From contig JACVGT010000009.1 of assembly GCA_018992685.1 (NCBI GenBank), positions 1 to 64,000 on the forward strand: a stretch of DNA of 64,000 bases, in the 5' to 3' direction. This stretch comes from Theionarchaea archaeon. GTDB lineage: Archaea > Methanobacteriota_B > Thermococci > Methanofastidiosales > SZ-28-30. Shown in pieces: positions 17,467-27,680 of this stretch. Numbering within the stretch: the stretch's first letter is position 1; each line of letters starts with the position of its first letter. The notes under the pieces are model-generated. The model was given only the letters and a program-made list of their open reading frames with translations. It ran no database searches and had not been told where the DNA came from. The position numbers and the translations under genes are program-made.

Positions 17467-19786
17467 TCATAAGAGCGAAGTTAAAATCAGAACGATGAAA
17501 TTGTAGAAGAAATGAATTATCATTGGAATATAAATACAATGAGTCCTTTCGTAAGCGTATACTTTCGGCACTGTTCCCAGAAAGCATACAGGGATTATAG
17601 CGGGATTCAAGTGCATCAGTGAAAATAGAAGGGAGGTCAGTAGGATACCGGGTCTCACTCCCCACTTTTTTCTCAACATAGGATACATATAACCTGAGAA
17701 TACAATTTCTTCTACAATGGGGGCAGTCACAAGCCAGAGAAAAATCGCCACCACAAGGTAGTTTTCTACAAGGTACTCATTTTCTGAGCTGCTTGGCAGC
17801 GGGACCCGGTACAGTGCAAGGAGTATGAGCGCGACCCAGCTACCTAGGAAAAGGAGAGTACCTGCAATTCCTGAAATGAGAGTCTGGGTTCTGGTGGGCA
17901 TCACAAACCCCAGAATCTTCCTGTAGTCTGGAGGGGATTTTATGATCTTGTATATGAAAAAGACCAGTGCTACTGGGGGTACCATCACTGAGAAGACAAT
18001 ATAGAGAATTGTTTTCTTCACTCCCCACTGCACCTCCCATTCAGATTCGTTCTTCCTCAGGACACGTATCACCAGGAAAGCTCCTCCAAAGCAACAGAGA
18101 GCTCCTATCACGAGAAGGATGGAAAATTCTGTCCTGTACCGCGTATACAGGAGATAGGTATTATCGAGAATGTGCTTGAGGTTCTCATACTCAAACCACA
18201 GTCGTGCGTGGATGTATGCATTTCTTTTGAACCATTTTTCTCCCAGATCAACGTTCCTAAGCGTCTTTTCCTCCGTGCACATCTCATCCAGGACACCGTG
18301 GCATGTCGTATTAGCACACAACACCATTTTCCTCCCGAAGAAGTCTGAGTAACACAGTAAATCCAGATCACCATCACTATCAAAGTCGGCGAAGCTCGTT
18401 GTGGAGGAACCAGGAACCTCAAACTGAGCTTCAAGAATTCCTTCGCTATTGAATACGTACAGATACTCTGACCATGCATCTCTGACATCCAGGCTCAGAC
18501 TTTTCAGTCTTTCAATGGCTTCTTCTTCGAGAGAGATCATCCGACTCTTTTCCTTCTTGGGGAGGGGTAACGTGGAAGACAACTTCACTGTCTCCATCTG
18601 CATCGATATCAATGATATCGGGCCCTGAAGCAGAAGTCTCGAAAACAATGTTCCATATCTCGTCTCCCTTATCATCAAACACTCTGTAGAAAGGAGGACG
18701 GTCATAGAACTCGCTCCATGTTAGAACCTCGTAATGGTTGTCCTGATCAAGATCACATACATCTGCCCAGAATACAGGGCCCTCGTAGTCCCAGAGTCGG
18801 TTGAATTGATCATCATAGACATAGACATGGCTTTTCCCATACTCTCTTGGGCTGTCCATGGCTATGATGACGTATTCCATACGAGAATCGCAGTTTAAAT
18901 CGCAAACAAAAATCTTTGGTTCCACCAGCAATCCACCAGGATTCGCATCAAAGGATACACTCCATTTCACGGTGTCTTCAAGCGTCATCTCGGATACATT
19001 GTCCAGCTGCAGAAGGAAGAGTCTCTCCTCTCCATTGACATCTAGCACTTGCAGGAATGAAGGCTCCAGAAATTCCTTTTCCCAGATTGGAGTTCCATCA
19101 TATTCAATGATCTTGTAAATGAAGCTGTACCCGGAGAGCGTCCTAATGAAATCATGAGAACTCTTCTTGAGAATCAATTCCTCCTGGCCATCTTCATCAA
19201 TATCCAGGACATTCACAACTGCGAAATCTTCTTCATATTCATGGACGGTAAATCCCTTTCTGTCAAGTATGTAGTTTGCTACTAGTATTTCCTTGTACCC
19301 ATCGTGGGTTATGTCTGAAAAGAAGTATTCATACCTTCTGAATAGCTCGTTGGGCCCTAGGTGTATACAGAACTCGTGGCTCCATAAAAGATTGCCAGTA
19401 TTGTCGATGCAGGTAATTCTCATTCTCCTTATTCCAGGTTCCTGATTATAGGAACCGATATCCTGGGTAAAAAAGATCTCTTTCAATCCATCATTATCCA
19501 CATCCTCAAAATAGAGGGCATCAGACTCTTCATCTACCCACGTTTGCCAGATGATTTCCCCAAATATGTTCAAAGCTGTAAGGAGATAGTCCTTTTCTCC
19601 CTTGCTGACAAAGGTAAAAAACAGAATTTCAGAATATCCGTCGCCATCCAGGTCCGTCACCTGCACGCTCTCGTGGTTAATCTCTTTCTCCCAGGCAGGG
19701 CTGAACCCGCACTGCCCGGTGAGGGAAGTACCGGCCACAAAGAGAAAGGCCACAAGGAAAAGGGGTTTCGTTATCATGAGTAGCAC
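17467..19786 (-). pseudogene. FG-GAP/VCBS repeat protein fused to a CPBP (CAAX/Abi) intramembrane protease, split by a frameshift near 18530
   Basis: The upstream ORF has a signal peptide and DLDGDG..EI repeats. The downstream frame continues the repeats (DFDSDGDLDLL), then TMs with EEIVF, FSLMH and HFFYN. The frames switch inside a (CT)n tract. Confidence 0.75.
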
Positions 19787-19984
19787 CAGGAGGGTTGATT
19801 TTTCTCAGATCAGTCCCACGAAGAGAATGGTTGCCACAGCCGAGGATTTGGTTCCACATTCCATTCTTTCATATCTGAAGTACGTGTTTATAATTCTTAT
19901 CCCCCGTACCGGTCCTGGTGGATTCAACTACTGATAGTGCCCTATCTATTCTTTTGATTGGCCTGCAGATGGTTCTGTGTGACT

Positions 19985-20785
19985 TCACACTACCACATCA
20001 GACTTCTTCAGCAATCGATAGATAAAGAAGATCATTCCACAGAAGATCACCCAGATGTTTTCAAGAGTGACAGCCAGCAAGTTGAGGGGTTGAGATGTGA
20101 CCACTGTCTCCCCAGAAATGAAAAAAGTGCCCAGAATAAGAAAGATGGCGACTGAACCAAACGCCAGAAAATCCATGATCTTTGTTGGCTGAAAAGGTCC
20201 TGGAGAAGGCCGAGGTATCTTCAGACTCCTGATAAACAGGAGAGCAGCGACAATGACAAGTATGATGAAGGAGAGATACCCTGTTGCTGTTCCCCGGGGG
20301 GTAACAGGGTTCTGATGAGCGTAGATCATCACAGCTACTTGATATGCTACAACAGAGACCCAGCCCACCTTTCCCATTAGAGGATGATTCCAATTCCGAG
20401 ATTCAAGACGGTTGGCCAGATAAAGTGTCACCATTCCCTGTACGACTCCCCAAGCGAGAATCCCCACTATGAGTAAGGTGCCAGTGTTTACCCCGGCCAT
20501 CATGATTCCCGAATATACTCTGGGGTTGAACAGGTTGCCTGTGAGAAAAGCTATGGGAAAGAGTCCGTACAGAAAGCCACATAGGAAAATCTGGTAGTTC
20601 CTGAGTCTGAACCGTACCATAAGGTCCTCAAGCATGGCAAAATAGGTAAGGTAAATCCCAAATAAAGCTAAAATGAAGAGGGGCCTGGTGAAAAACTGTG
20701 TGATCCCTCTGGCAGAATATTCAAAAAGAAGATTGAACAAGGCACAGTACAAGATGAGACTGAATCGGTTTGAGAGTATCTTCAT
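19985..20785 (-). CDS. Polytopic membrane protein
   Basis: About 8 hydrophobic segments; GGAGG SD. Confidence 0.75.
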   Translation of the reverse strand: MKILSNRFSLILYCALFNLLFEYSARGITQFFTRPLFILALFGIYLTYFAMLEDLMVRFRLRNYQIFLCGFLYGLFPIAFLTGNLFNPRVYSGIMMAGVNTGTLLIVGILAWGVVQGMVTLYLANRLESRNWNHPLMGKVGWVSVVAYQVAVMIYAHQNPVTPRGTATGYLSFIILVIVAALLFIRSLKIPRPSPGPFQPTKIMDFLAFGSVAIFLILGTFFISGETVVTSQPLNLLAVTLENIWVIFCGMIFFIYRLLKKSDVVV

Positions 20786-21026
20786 TTTCTTTCCTCCTTT
20801 CGGGGAGCTCTTTCCTTGCGTCTACGGAGCAGGGTTCTCCGTTTTCTCCATTTGAGTGATTGGAGAGCGGTTCTTGGGCTGCAGTGACGGAGATTATCAG
20901 TTCAGGCTCTCTTCACCCGGAATCTTATAAATCTTTGTATCACGGTCTATTCCAGGATTCACCTGCAATCTGGGCAATTCTGTTTAAGAGAATGTCTATT
21001 GGTGGCAGACAAGAAGAGTTCACAGG

Positions 21027-21239
21027 CTACCATGAACTATCCATTTTTCTTTCGAAGATGAGTTCAAAATATTCAGGAGTACCACCACTCATGACTGAAA
21101 CTGATGGAGCAAATATCTGGACTAATCTCCACCCTTCTCTTGCATGTTCCTCAATCAATTGGTGGTAGTCTGTCTTCGGTTTTCTGGCGGATATCCAGAA
21201 CCCTCCTAACTCAATTTTCACAAATCTGTATTGGTACAC
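21027..21239 (-). CDS. DUF4177-like small protein
   Basis: YQYRFV..EHAREGWRLVQIF..LIFER; GAGGTG SD; GTG start. Confidence 0.8.
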   Translation of the reverse strand: MYQYRFVKIELGGFWISARKPKTDYHQLIEEHAREGWRLVQIFAPSVSVMSGGTPEYFELIFERKMDSSW

Positions 21240-21619
21240 ATTAGGCCACCTCTCTTTTCTGGGATCTGTTGTGTCGTTGAACCATGAAGTCCCCAGAATC
21301 GACGATTTATAAAGCTTGCGCGGCTCAAAAGAAGCAAGTGGCGTCTGTGATTTTGGTTACTGTCTACCATGCTTTGATTACGAAGAATATCAAGTAGGCA
21401 TAGGACAAGAAAAGTCATTTCAAGTCTACTAGGATCATTTGCCGTAAGTTATGTGAGTGTTTTACAGCGTCAGTCAAGTCATTGTCATTGCCTTGATCTG
21501 CTTTGTCCACTGTCCTGTATCATGAGAAGATCTTTACGTAAAAGCCCAAGTGCCTGTAGACACAAACACTGAATGTCTTTGACCATTGAGAAACAGTGAG
21601 ATTTCGGACAAGTACAAAG

Positions 21620-21695
21620 GTCCGGGACCCGGATTTGAACCGGGGTCGTAGGATCCACAGTCCTACAGTCTGGACCGAACTAGCCTATCCCGGAC
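21620..21695 (-). tRNA. tRNA-His(GTG) with genome-encoded G-1, full CCA not encoded
   Basis: Reverse complement folds as acceptor TCCGGGA/TCCCGGA, anticodon arm TAGGA-CTGTGGA-TCCTA and T-arm CCCGG-TTCAAAT-CCGGG; G-1 lies opposite C73; TTTAAA upstream. Confidence 0.95.
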
Positions 21696-21885
21696 ATATG
21701 GTATCATCTTTCATACTGGTTTAAAAACCTTTGCCTGCATCCTCGGCCTTTGGTTGAGTTATAACAGCAGATATACTGTCGAAATCGGCCAAGCTCCGAA
21801 AAGAATAGGTTTACTCTGCTACCACGGGGCACTGAGAAACCAAAAGTTATATATTCTTTCAATTGAATTCTCATGAGGTGATTGT

Positions 21886-22560
21886 ATCGAACCGCATAGG
21901 AAGGAATTGATCACAGTCCTGGTGGAATCACAGGCTCTGGAATTCGGAACCTTCAAGCTCAAGAGCGGACGTATATCTCCATATTTCATTAACATGGGAA
22001 GAGCACTCAATACGGGTGCATTTGCCGCCAGAACAGCACAGTGTTACGTGGAAGAGATTTCAGGATTGAACTGTGACTTTGACTATCTCCACGGACCTGC
22101 CTACAAAGGGATACCTCTGGCCGCCCTGGTTGCCAGCTACCTGTACGTTACCCATAATGTCAATAAGAGATGGGGATATGACCGGAAACAGGAGAAAGCC
22201 TATGGTGACTTGGCAGAGAAAGCAATTGTGGGAGACCTCAGAGATGGCGATTCCGTCCTCATTGTTGATGATGTCATAACCACGGGGGAAACAAAACTGG
22301 AGAACTGGGAGAAACTAACGAAGTTCAGGAAGAACCTGACTCCGAAGGGCATTCTCATTGCTGTCGACAGGCAGGAAAAAGACGAGAGTGGGGAATCGGT
22401 GTCTCAGTTCCTCCAGGAGAGAGGATTTACTCTTTACAGCATCCTGAAAATCACAGAAATCATTTCATATTTGAAAACCCATCCAGTCAATGGAAAAATG
22501 TATGTTGACGAGCAAATAGTCACAGCCTTTGATAAATATTTTACCTCGTATGGAGGATGA
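21886..22560 (+). CDS. pyrE: Orotate phosphoribosyltransferase (apparent ATC start; first canonical start is TTG at 21907)
   Basis: FG.FKLKSGRISPYF, GPAYKGIPLA, DRKQEK and IVDDVITTG motifs. Confidence 0.93.
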   Translation: MEPHRKELITVLVESQALEFGTFKLKSGRISPYFINMGRALNTGAFAARTAQCYVEEISGLNCDFDYLHGPAYKGIPLAALVASYLYVTHNVNKRWGYDRKQEKAYGDLAEKAIVGDLRDGDSVLIVDDVITTGETKLENWEKLTKFRKNLTPKGILIAVDRQEKDESGESVSQFLQERGFTLYSILKITEIISYLKTHPVNGKMYVDEQIVTAFDKYFTSYGG

Positions 22561-22561
22561 T

Positions 22562-23614
22562 ATGAGATCTACAACTGATCTACCTTTACACCATGGGAAA
22601 GCGCCCTCATGGCTCACCGTCCGGATGAAGGCACTCGCCAGCCAGATATTCGCCATTCTCAGTGAGGAGTACGAAGCAGAGTGGATCTTGCAGAAAATTG
22701 CAGATCCTGTGTGGTTTCAGAGTTTGTGCTGTCTCCTCGGATATGACTGGCACAGTTCCGGGACAACAACGGTCTTATGCGGTGTTTTGAAATCGGTGGA
22801 CATTCCGGGAGTTAATGTTGTAGGAGGCAAGGGGAAGACGTCTCGGAAAATCCCCCAGGAAATCGCCAAGAAAGGAGAGGAAATGAACCTGTCCTCCAAG
22901 AGAATCAACTCTTTAGTGCATGCGTCCAAAATGACAGCAAAGGTTGACAACTGTCTGGTGCAGGATGGTCACCAGCTTTACCATCAATCTCTCTTCTTTT
23001 CTGAATCAGGATCCTGGACCGTGGTCCAGCAGGGCATGAACCCTTCCACCAAGTACGCCCGCCGCTATCAATGGTCTAACCCGTCTCAGTTTATTGAAGA
23101 GCCCCACAAAGGCATAACAGGAGAAAAAGCCTACACAGTTATGGATCTGACAGCCAAGGAAAGCAGAGAATGCAGGAAGGTTTCCCTGGACGTGGCAAAG
23201 GAAAATCCCATGAGAATCAGACGTTATGCCCATGAGAATCAGGAGACCCTGGACCATTACGTGGGCATCAAGAGTTATGTCATGCCCAAGTCCATAAACT
23301 GGAATGCTCTCAGGAAGGCATATGAGACCCAGCCTGAAACATTCGAAACCCTTGTTGCCATCAAGGGAATGGGTCCAAAAACCATTCGCGGATTGGCTCT
23401 GGTGTCTGAATTTACCTTTGGTGAATCTCCCTCGTACAAGGACCCGGTGAAATTTTCCTTTTCATTTGGGGGGAAAGATGGTGTCCCCTTCCCTGTGGAA
23501 AGGAAGGCTATGGATGAGGTCACGGAAATCCTCAAGCAGGTAGTCCAGGAAGCAACCCTTGGTAAGAAAGACAAGTTGAATGCTCTCAAGAGAATAGCTG
23601 CCCTCAACCAGTAG
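22562..23614 (+). CDS. DUF763 family protein
   Basis: DLPLH.GKAPSWL, DWHSSGTTT, AKVDN..QDG, VQQGMN and FSFSFGGKDGVPFPV motifs. Confidence 0.9.
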   Translation: MRSTTDLPLHHGKAPSWLTVRMKALASQIFAILSEEYEAEWILQKIADPVWFQSLCCLLGYDWHSSGTTTVLCGVLKSVDIPGVNVVGGKGKTSRKIPQEIAKKGEEMNLSSKRINSLVHASKMTAKVDNCLVQDGHQLYHQSLFFSESGSWTVVQQGMNPSTKYARRYQWSNPSQFIEEPHKGITGEKAYTVMDLTAKESRECRKVSLDVAKENPMRIRRYAHENQETLDHYVGIKSYVMPKSINWNALRKAYETQPETFETLVAIKGMGPKTIRGLALVSEFTFGESPSYKDPVKFSFSFGGKDGVPFPVERKAMDEVTEILKQVVQEATLGKKDKLNALKRIAALNQ

Positions 23615-24140
23615 CTATGCTCCGGAAATACTCCTCGATCAAGACTGAGTACACGATGCAATCCACGTAATTGCCGTTCTTGAACATGTCCTGCCTCAGA
23701 ATACCTTCTTTCTTGAACCCAGCCTTTTCGTAGCACCTTTGGGCCCTTTTATTACTGACGAATGTTCGCAAGTAGACCTTGTTGAGGTTCAATGCTTCAA
23801 ATGCGAATTTCAATCCCAGAAGAACTGCTTCTGTCCCATACCCCTTTCCCCAGTATTCCTTATCTCCAATGAAGATGCCCAATTCAGCCTTTCTGTTGTG
23901 GAGATCAATATTGTGCAGTCCAATATTCCCGATGAATTCGCCTTTCACGGTTTCTATGGCCAGGATTTTTGAATGATCATCCTTGAGGTAGCTGTCATAC
24001 CATCTCTGCTCAGACTCCATGCTGACAGGTTCTGACATGGAGAGTGTCTCTGTAATCTCTGGATCATTGAGCCATTCCACACACTTCTGGAGGTGTTTCC
24101 TTTCCAGTGATTGCAGGCTGACCTTGGTTCCTTTGTACAT
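23604..24140 (-). CDS. GNAT acetyltransferase, RimJ/RimL/SpeG-like
   Basis: AELGIFIG..YWGKGYGTEA and N.RA.RCYEKAGFKKEG motifs. Confidence 0.9.
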   Translation of the reverse strand: MYKGTKVSLQSLERKHLQKCVEWLNDPEITETLSMSEPVSMESEQRWYDSYLKDDHSKILAIETVKGEFIGNIGLHNIDLHNRKAELGIFIGDKEYWGKGYGTEAVLLGLKFAFEALNLNKVYLRTFVSNKRAQRCYEKAGFKKEGILRQDMFKNGNYVDCIVYSVLIEEYFRSIATG

Positions 24141-24237
24141 GGTGGAACATGTCTCTTGAGGTATAAATGCGTTTCCTTTCATATTCCTGACTTTCTTACA
24201 GAGTAACCTCTATAAAGGATGATTCTATACAGCCAGT

Positions 24238-25107
24238 ATGTTCCCCATCTATGAGGGTTCCATGTGGAGACCGCCTTCAGAAGCCAGAAGTCTCATTTTG
24301 CAGGCCACTGTGGGGTGCTCAAACAATACGTGTACGTTCTGTGGTTCCTACAAGAATAAGAAATTCAGGATCAATCCTCTGGCGCACTTGAAGGAAGATG
24401 TCACTGTAGTGAAGCCATACTACAGGAACGTCAGGCGCATTTTCCTGGCAGATGGTGACGCACTGGTGATAAAGACCAGTCAGCTTCTGGAGACCCTTGA
24501 TTATCTCTACGGGGAATTCCCCTATCTGGATCGAGTTGGAGTGTATGCCTGCCCTCAGAACCTTCTTCAAAAGTCTCTTGAGGAGTTGCAGACGCTTCGA
24601 GACCATGGATTGGGAATCATCTATCTGGGAGTTGAGACAGGGCTTGAACCACTCCTTGAAAAAGTGCAGAAGGGAGTTACCAGGAATGAAATGCAGGAAG
24701 CAGCATGCAAGGTGGTAAGAGCAGACATCCCGTTGTCAGTGACCATCATACTCGGCCTGGGAGGGCCGGAGGCATCTGAACCTCACGCAAGAGAGACAGC
24801 ATCTCTTCTGACCTGTGTTGGCCCAGATTATGTGGGAGCCCTCACCTTGATGCTGGTGGAAGGGACAGACCTCTATACCGAATACCAGAAAGGTCAATTC
24901 CACCTCCTGGCCCCAGAAGAAACTCTCAAAGAGCTGTACTGGCTCATAGAATCCTTGGATTGTAAGACCGTGTTCAGATCGAACCATGCTTCCAACTATG
25001 TTCCCCTCAGAGGAACCCTGCCTGAAGACAAACCCAAGCTCCTTCATGAGATTAGAGAAGCCCTGAGGACGGGGAACCTGAAGAGCGAATACCTGAGAGG
25101 ACTCTGA
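24238..25107 (+). CDS. Radical SAM protein of unknown function
   Basis: RPPSEA.SLILQ.TVGC.NN.C.FC (CxxxCxxC), FLADGDAL and FRSNHASNY. Confidence 0.9.
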   Translation: MFPIYEGSMWRPPSEARSLILQATVGCSNNTCTFCGSYKNKKFRINPLAHLKEDVTVVKPYYRNVRRIFLADGDALVIKTSQLLETLDYLYGEFPYLDRVGVYACPQNLLQKSLEELQTLRDHGLGIIYLGVETGLEPLLEKVQKGVTRNEMQEAACKVVRADIPLSVTIILGLGGPEASEPHARETASLLTCVGPDYVGALTLMLVEGTDLYTEYQKGQFHLLAPEETLKELYWLIESLDCKTVFRSNHASNYVPLRGTLPEDKPKLLHEIREALRTGNLKSEYLRGL

Positions 25108-25195
25108 CCATGGCCAGTCTAATGAAAAAGTTGCAAAACCTTTAAATACTTCACTAACCATAGAGGACACACACAATCGAAGCGGAGAGCTTGAA

Positions 25196-27604
25196 ATGAC
25201 GGCGAGGAACACAGCACTGAGGACCCTGATTATGTTCTTCTTGATCATAGCCATAGTTTCTGCGGTTGGTGGAGACAGTGCGGTACCAGTAGAGGGTGAC
25301 TTATCAGGCAATTCAACCACTGAAGATGCAGATAATGACGGAGTCTTATCGGCACAGGATTGTGATGATACTGATCCCCATGTCTATCCGGGGGCAGAAG
25401 AAGTCTGTGATGGGAAGGATAATGACTGCGATGGCCAGGTTGATGAAGGGTGTTATACCTGCATCATTGACAGGGACGGAGACAGTTTCCCGGAGTGCAA
25501 TGACTGCAATGATTATGACCGGGACATCTACCCCAGGGCTCAAGAAGTGTGTGATGAAAAAGACAATGATTGCGACGGTCTGGTGGATGAAGGGTGCTGT
25601 GTGTGTTACAATGACCTGGACAGGGATACGTATTCTGACTGTAATGACTGTGATGATACTGACCCCACAGTGTATCCTGGAGCCATTGAGGTATGTGACG
25701 GCAAAGACAATGATTGCGATGGCATCATTGATGAGGGATCGTGGTGTGATTACGCAGAAATCTGGGTGAATAAAACGTGCAACGGATTCTACACTCAGGG
25801 CGAGCCAGTGGATGTTTCCTACCGGGTTCGCACCTCGAGCAAGAACTGTACCATCACGATTATGGGGTATCCCACTCAGGGGAGACCAACCACCCTGGTC
25901 AAGGACCAAGTTATTGCCCCAAACGAGGTGTACCAGACCCGTACCTCCGCTCAATGTCCAGCAGGACTGGTTCTCCTGGTGATCACAGTTACTCTTCCTG
26001 GCAACCCCCCAAAAACGTTGTATGACGATTGTGCCTTCCATGTAATGAGCTGCACCGTCACAGATGCAGATGGTGACGGGTATGATTCACCTCTGTTTGA
26101 TGGTGAGGATTGTGATGATACTGATCCTGCCATTCATCCAGGTCAGCGGGAGGTCTGTGATGGGAAGGATAATGATTGTGACGGGCTCCTTGATGAAGGA
26201 TTCGACTGTGACTATGTTGAAATATGGGTTGAAAAGAAGTGCGGGAGTACGTATGACGATAGAGAACCGGTACAGGTGTACTTTGAAGTTCACTCTTTAG
26301 CTCCCACTGCTCGAGTAACCATCACAGATTATGCACCACGGGGAAGAGCATATCTTCTTGCAGCAGACAAAGATGTGGTCTGCAATAAAGTGTACCGGCT
26401 GACAGTGACAGCAAAGTGTGCGGGGCTGGAAAGGCTGACCATCACTGCAGCTCTTGAGATTGATGGGGTAGTAAAATCAGTGGCAAGTGACTGTGGGTTC
26501 TACGTGGTGAACTGTATGAAGCCTGACAGTGATGGGGATGGCCACAACTCTGTTCTGGTAGGAGGAGACGATTGTGATGACAGTGACCCTACAGTCTATG
26601 CGGGCGCTCTGGAGCTTTGCGATGGAAAGGACAACAACTGCGATGGTCTGGTGGATTTTCCTGATAATGACCGTGACGGTGTGGTGTCCGATCAGTGTGG
26701 GGGAACGGACTGTGATGATTCAGATCCAAGGGTGTATCCGGGGGCAGAAGAGGTGTACGATGGCAATGATAACGACTGTGATGGAGAAATCGATGAAGGA
26801 ATAGGTGCAGACCAAATAGATGCAGATGGGGACGGATATCCGCTGACCACAGACTGCAACGATAGGCGGTCTGATGTGAGCCCGGGAGCGCGTGAATCGT
26901 GCTCAGACGGTCAGGACAATGACTGCGATGGGTTAATTGATTGCAATGATCCCGATTGTGACCAGGATGAGTCGTGCAAGAGAGGTATTGATGTTGCAGG
27001 CCTTCTTGACATACTGATGACATACAAGGTTGTGGTCCTGGGGGCGATCTGTGGAATTGCTGCTGTTGTGGGAGGGTTCCTGTACTACAGGAAGAGAAAG
27101 ACCAGCATTCGCGAAGAAGTGGGACCTCCTCCAGAGAGACCACCAGGTGAAGAAAAGGTGAAGTCCTTCTGGGGATTCAGGAAAGAAAGAAAAGAAGAAG
27201 AAGAGAAAGAGGAACCAAAAGGAGAATTCCCGTCTGAAGAAAAGGAGGAGAAAGGATTACTGCAATTTTGGAAAAAAGAGAAGGAAAAGGAAGAAGAAAA
27301 AGAAAGGAAAGAAGGCGAGAAAGGGGAAGAAGAGGAAGGGCCGAGGAAGAAACCTTTCTGGAAATTCGGGAAGGAGCCAGAGGAAGTAGAAAAAGAAGAG
27401 GAACTAAAAGAAGAATTTCCTTCTGAAGAAAAGGAGGAGAAAGGACTACTGCAATTCTTGAAAAGGGAAAAAGGAGGAAAAGAAGAGGAGAAAAGGAAAA
27501 AAGAGGAAAAACCAAAGAAGAAATCCTTCTGGAAATTCAGGAAGGAGGGGGAAGAAGAGGAGGAAAGAGAGGAAGAGACCCTGGGATTGGAGGATGTCAT
27601 CTGA
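25196..27604 (+). CDS. Membrane-anchored surface protein with 7 MopE-like metal-binding repeats, two related Cys-containing domains and a Lys/Glu-rich tail
   Basis: Signal peptide; DCDD.DP.VYPGA.EVCDGKDNDCDG..DEG x7; TM followed by YYRKRK; charged tail. Confidence 0.88.
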   Translation: MTARNTALRTLIMFFLIIAIVSAVGGDSAVPVEGDLSGNSTTEDADNDGVLSAQDCDDTDPHVYPGAEEVCDGKDNDCDGQVDEGCYTCIIDRDGDSFPECNDCNDYDRDIYPRAQEVCDEKDNDCDGLVDEGCCVCYNDLDRDTYSDCNDCDDTDPTVYPGAIEVCDGKDNDCDGIIDEGSWCDYAEIWVNKTCNGFYTQGEPVDVSYRVRTSSKNCTITIMGYPTQGRPTTLVKDQVIAPNEVYQTRTSAQCPAGLVLLVITVTLPGNPPKTLYDDCAFHVMSCTVTDADGDGYDSPLFDGEDCDDTDPAIHPGQREVCDGKDNDCDGLLDEGFDCDYVEIWVEKKCGSTYDDREPVQVYFEVHSLAPTARVTITDYAPRGRAYLLAADKDVVCNKVYRLTVTAKCAGLERLTITAALEIDGVVKSVASDCGFYVVNCMKPDSDGDGHNSVLVGGDDCDDSDPTVYAGALELCDGKDNNCDGLVDFPDNDRDGVVSDQCGGTDCDDSDPRVYPGAEEVYDGNDNDCDGEIDEGIGADQIDADGDGYPLTTDCNDRRSDVSPGARESCSDGQDNDCDGLIDCNDPDCDQDESCKRGIDVAGLLDILMTYKVVVLGAICGIAAVVGGFLYYRKRKTSIREEVGPPPERPPGEEKVKSFWGFRKERKEEEEKEEPKGEFPSEEKEEKGLLQFWKKEKEKEEEKERKEGEKGEEEEGPRKKPFWKFGKEPEEVEKEEELKEEFPSEEKEEKGLLQFLKREKGGKEEEKRKKEEKPKKKSFWKFRKEGEEEEEREEETLGLEDVI

Positions 27605-27680
27605 ACTATCCCGTACCTGGTCTGGGACTGCCAGAGTCCCGCTCGTTAGCTTTAAATGTGGAATTCTATATGTACGTCAG

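Noticed and set aside
27085-27600. Ser/Phe-rich minus-strand ORFs
   Set aside because: They are antisense shadows of the GAA/AAG-rich tail of the MopE-repeat gene.
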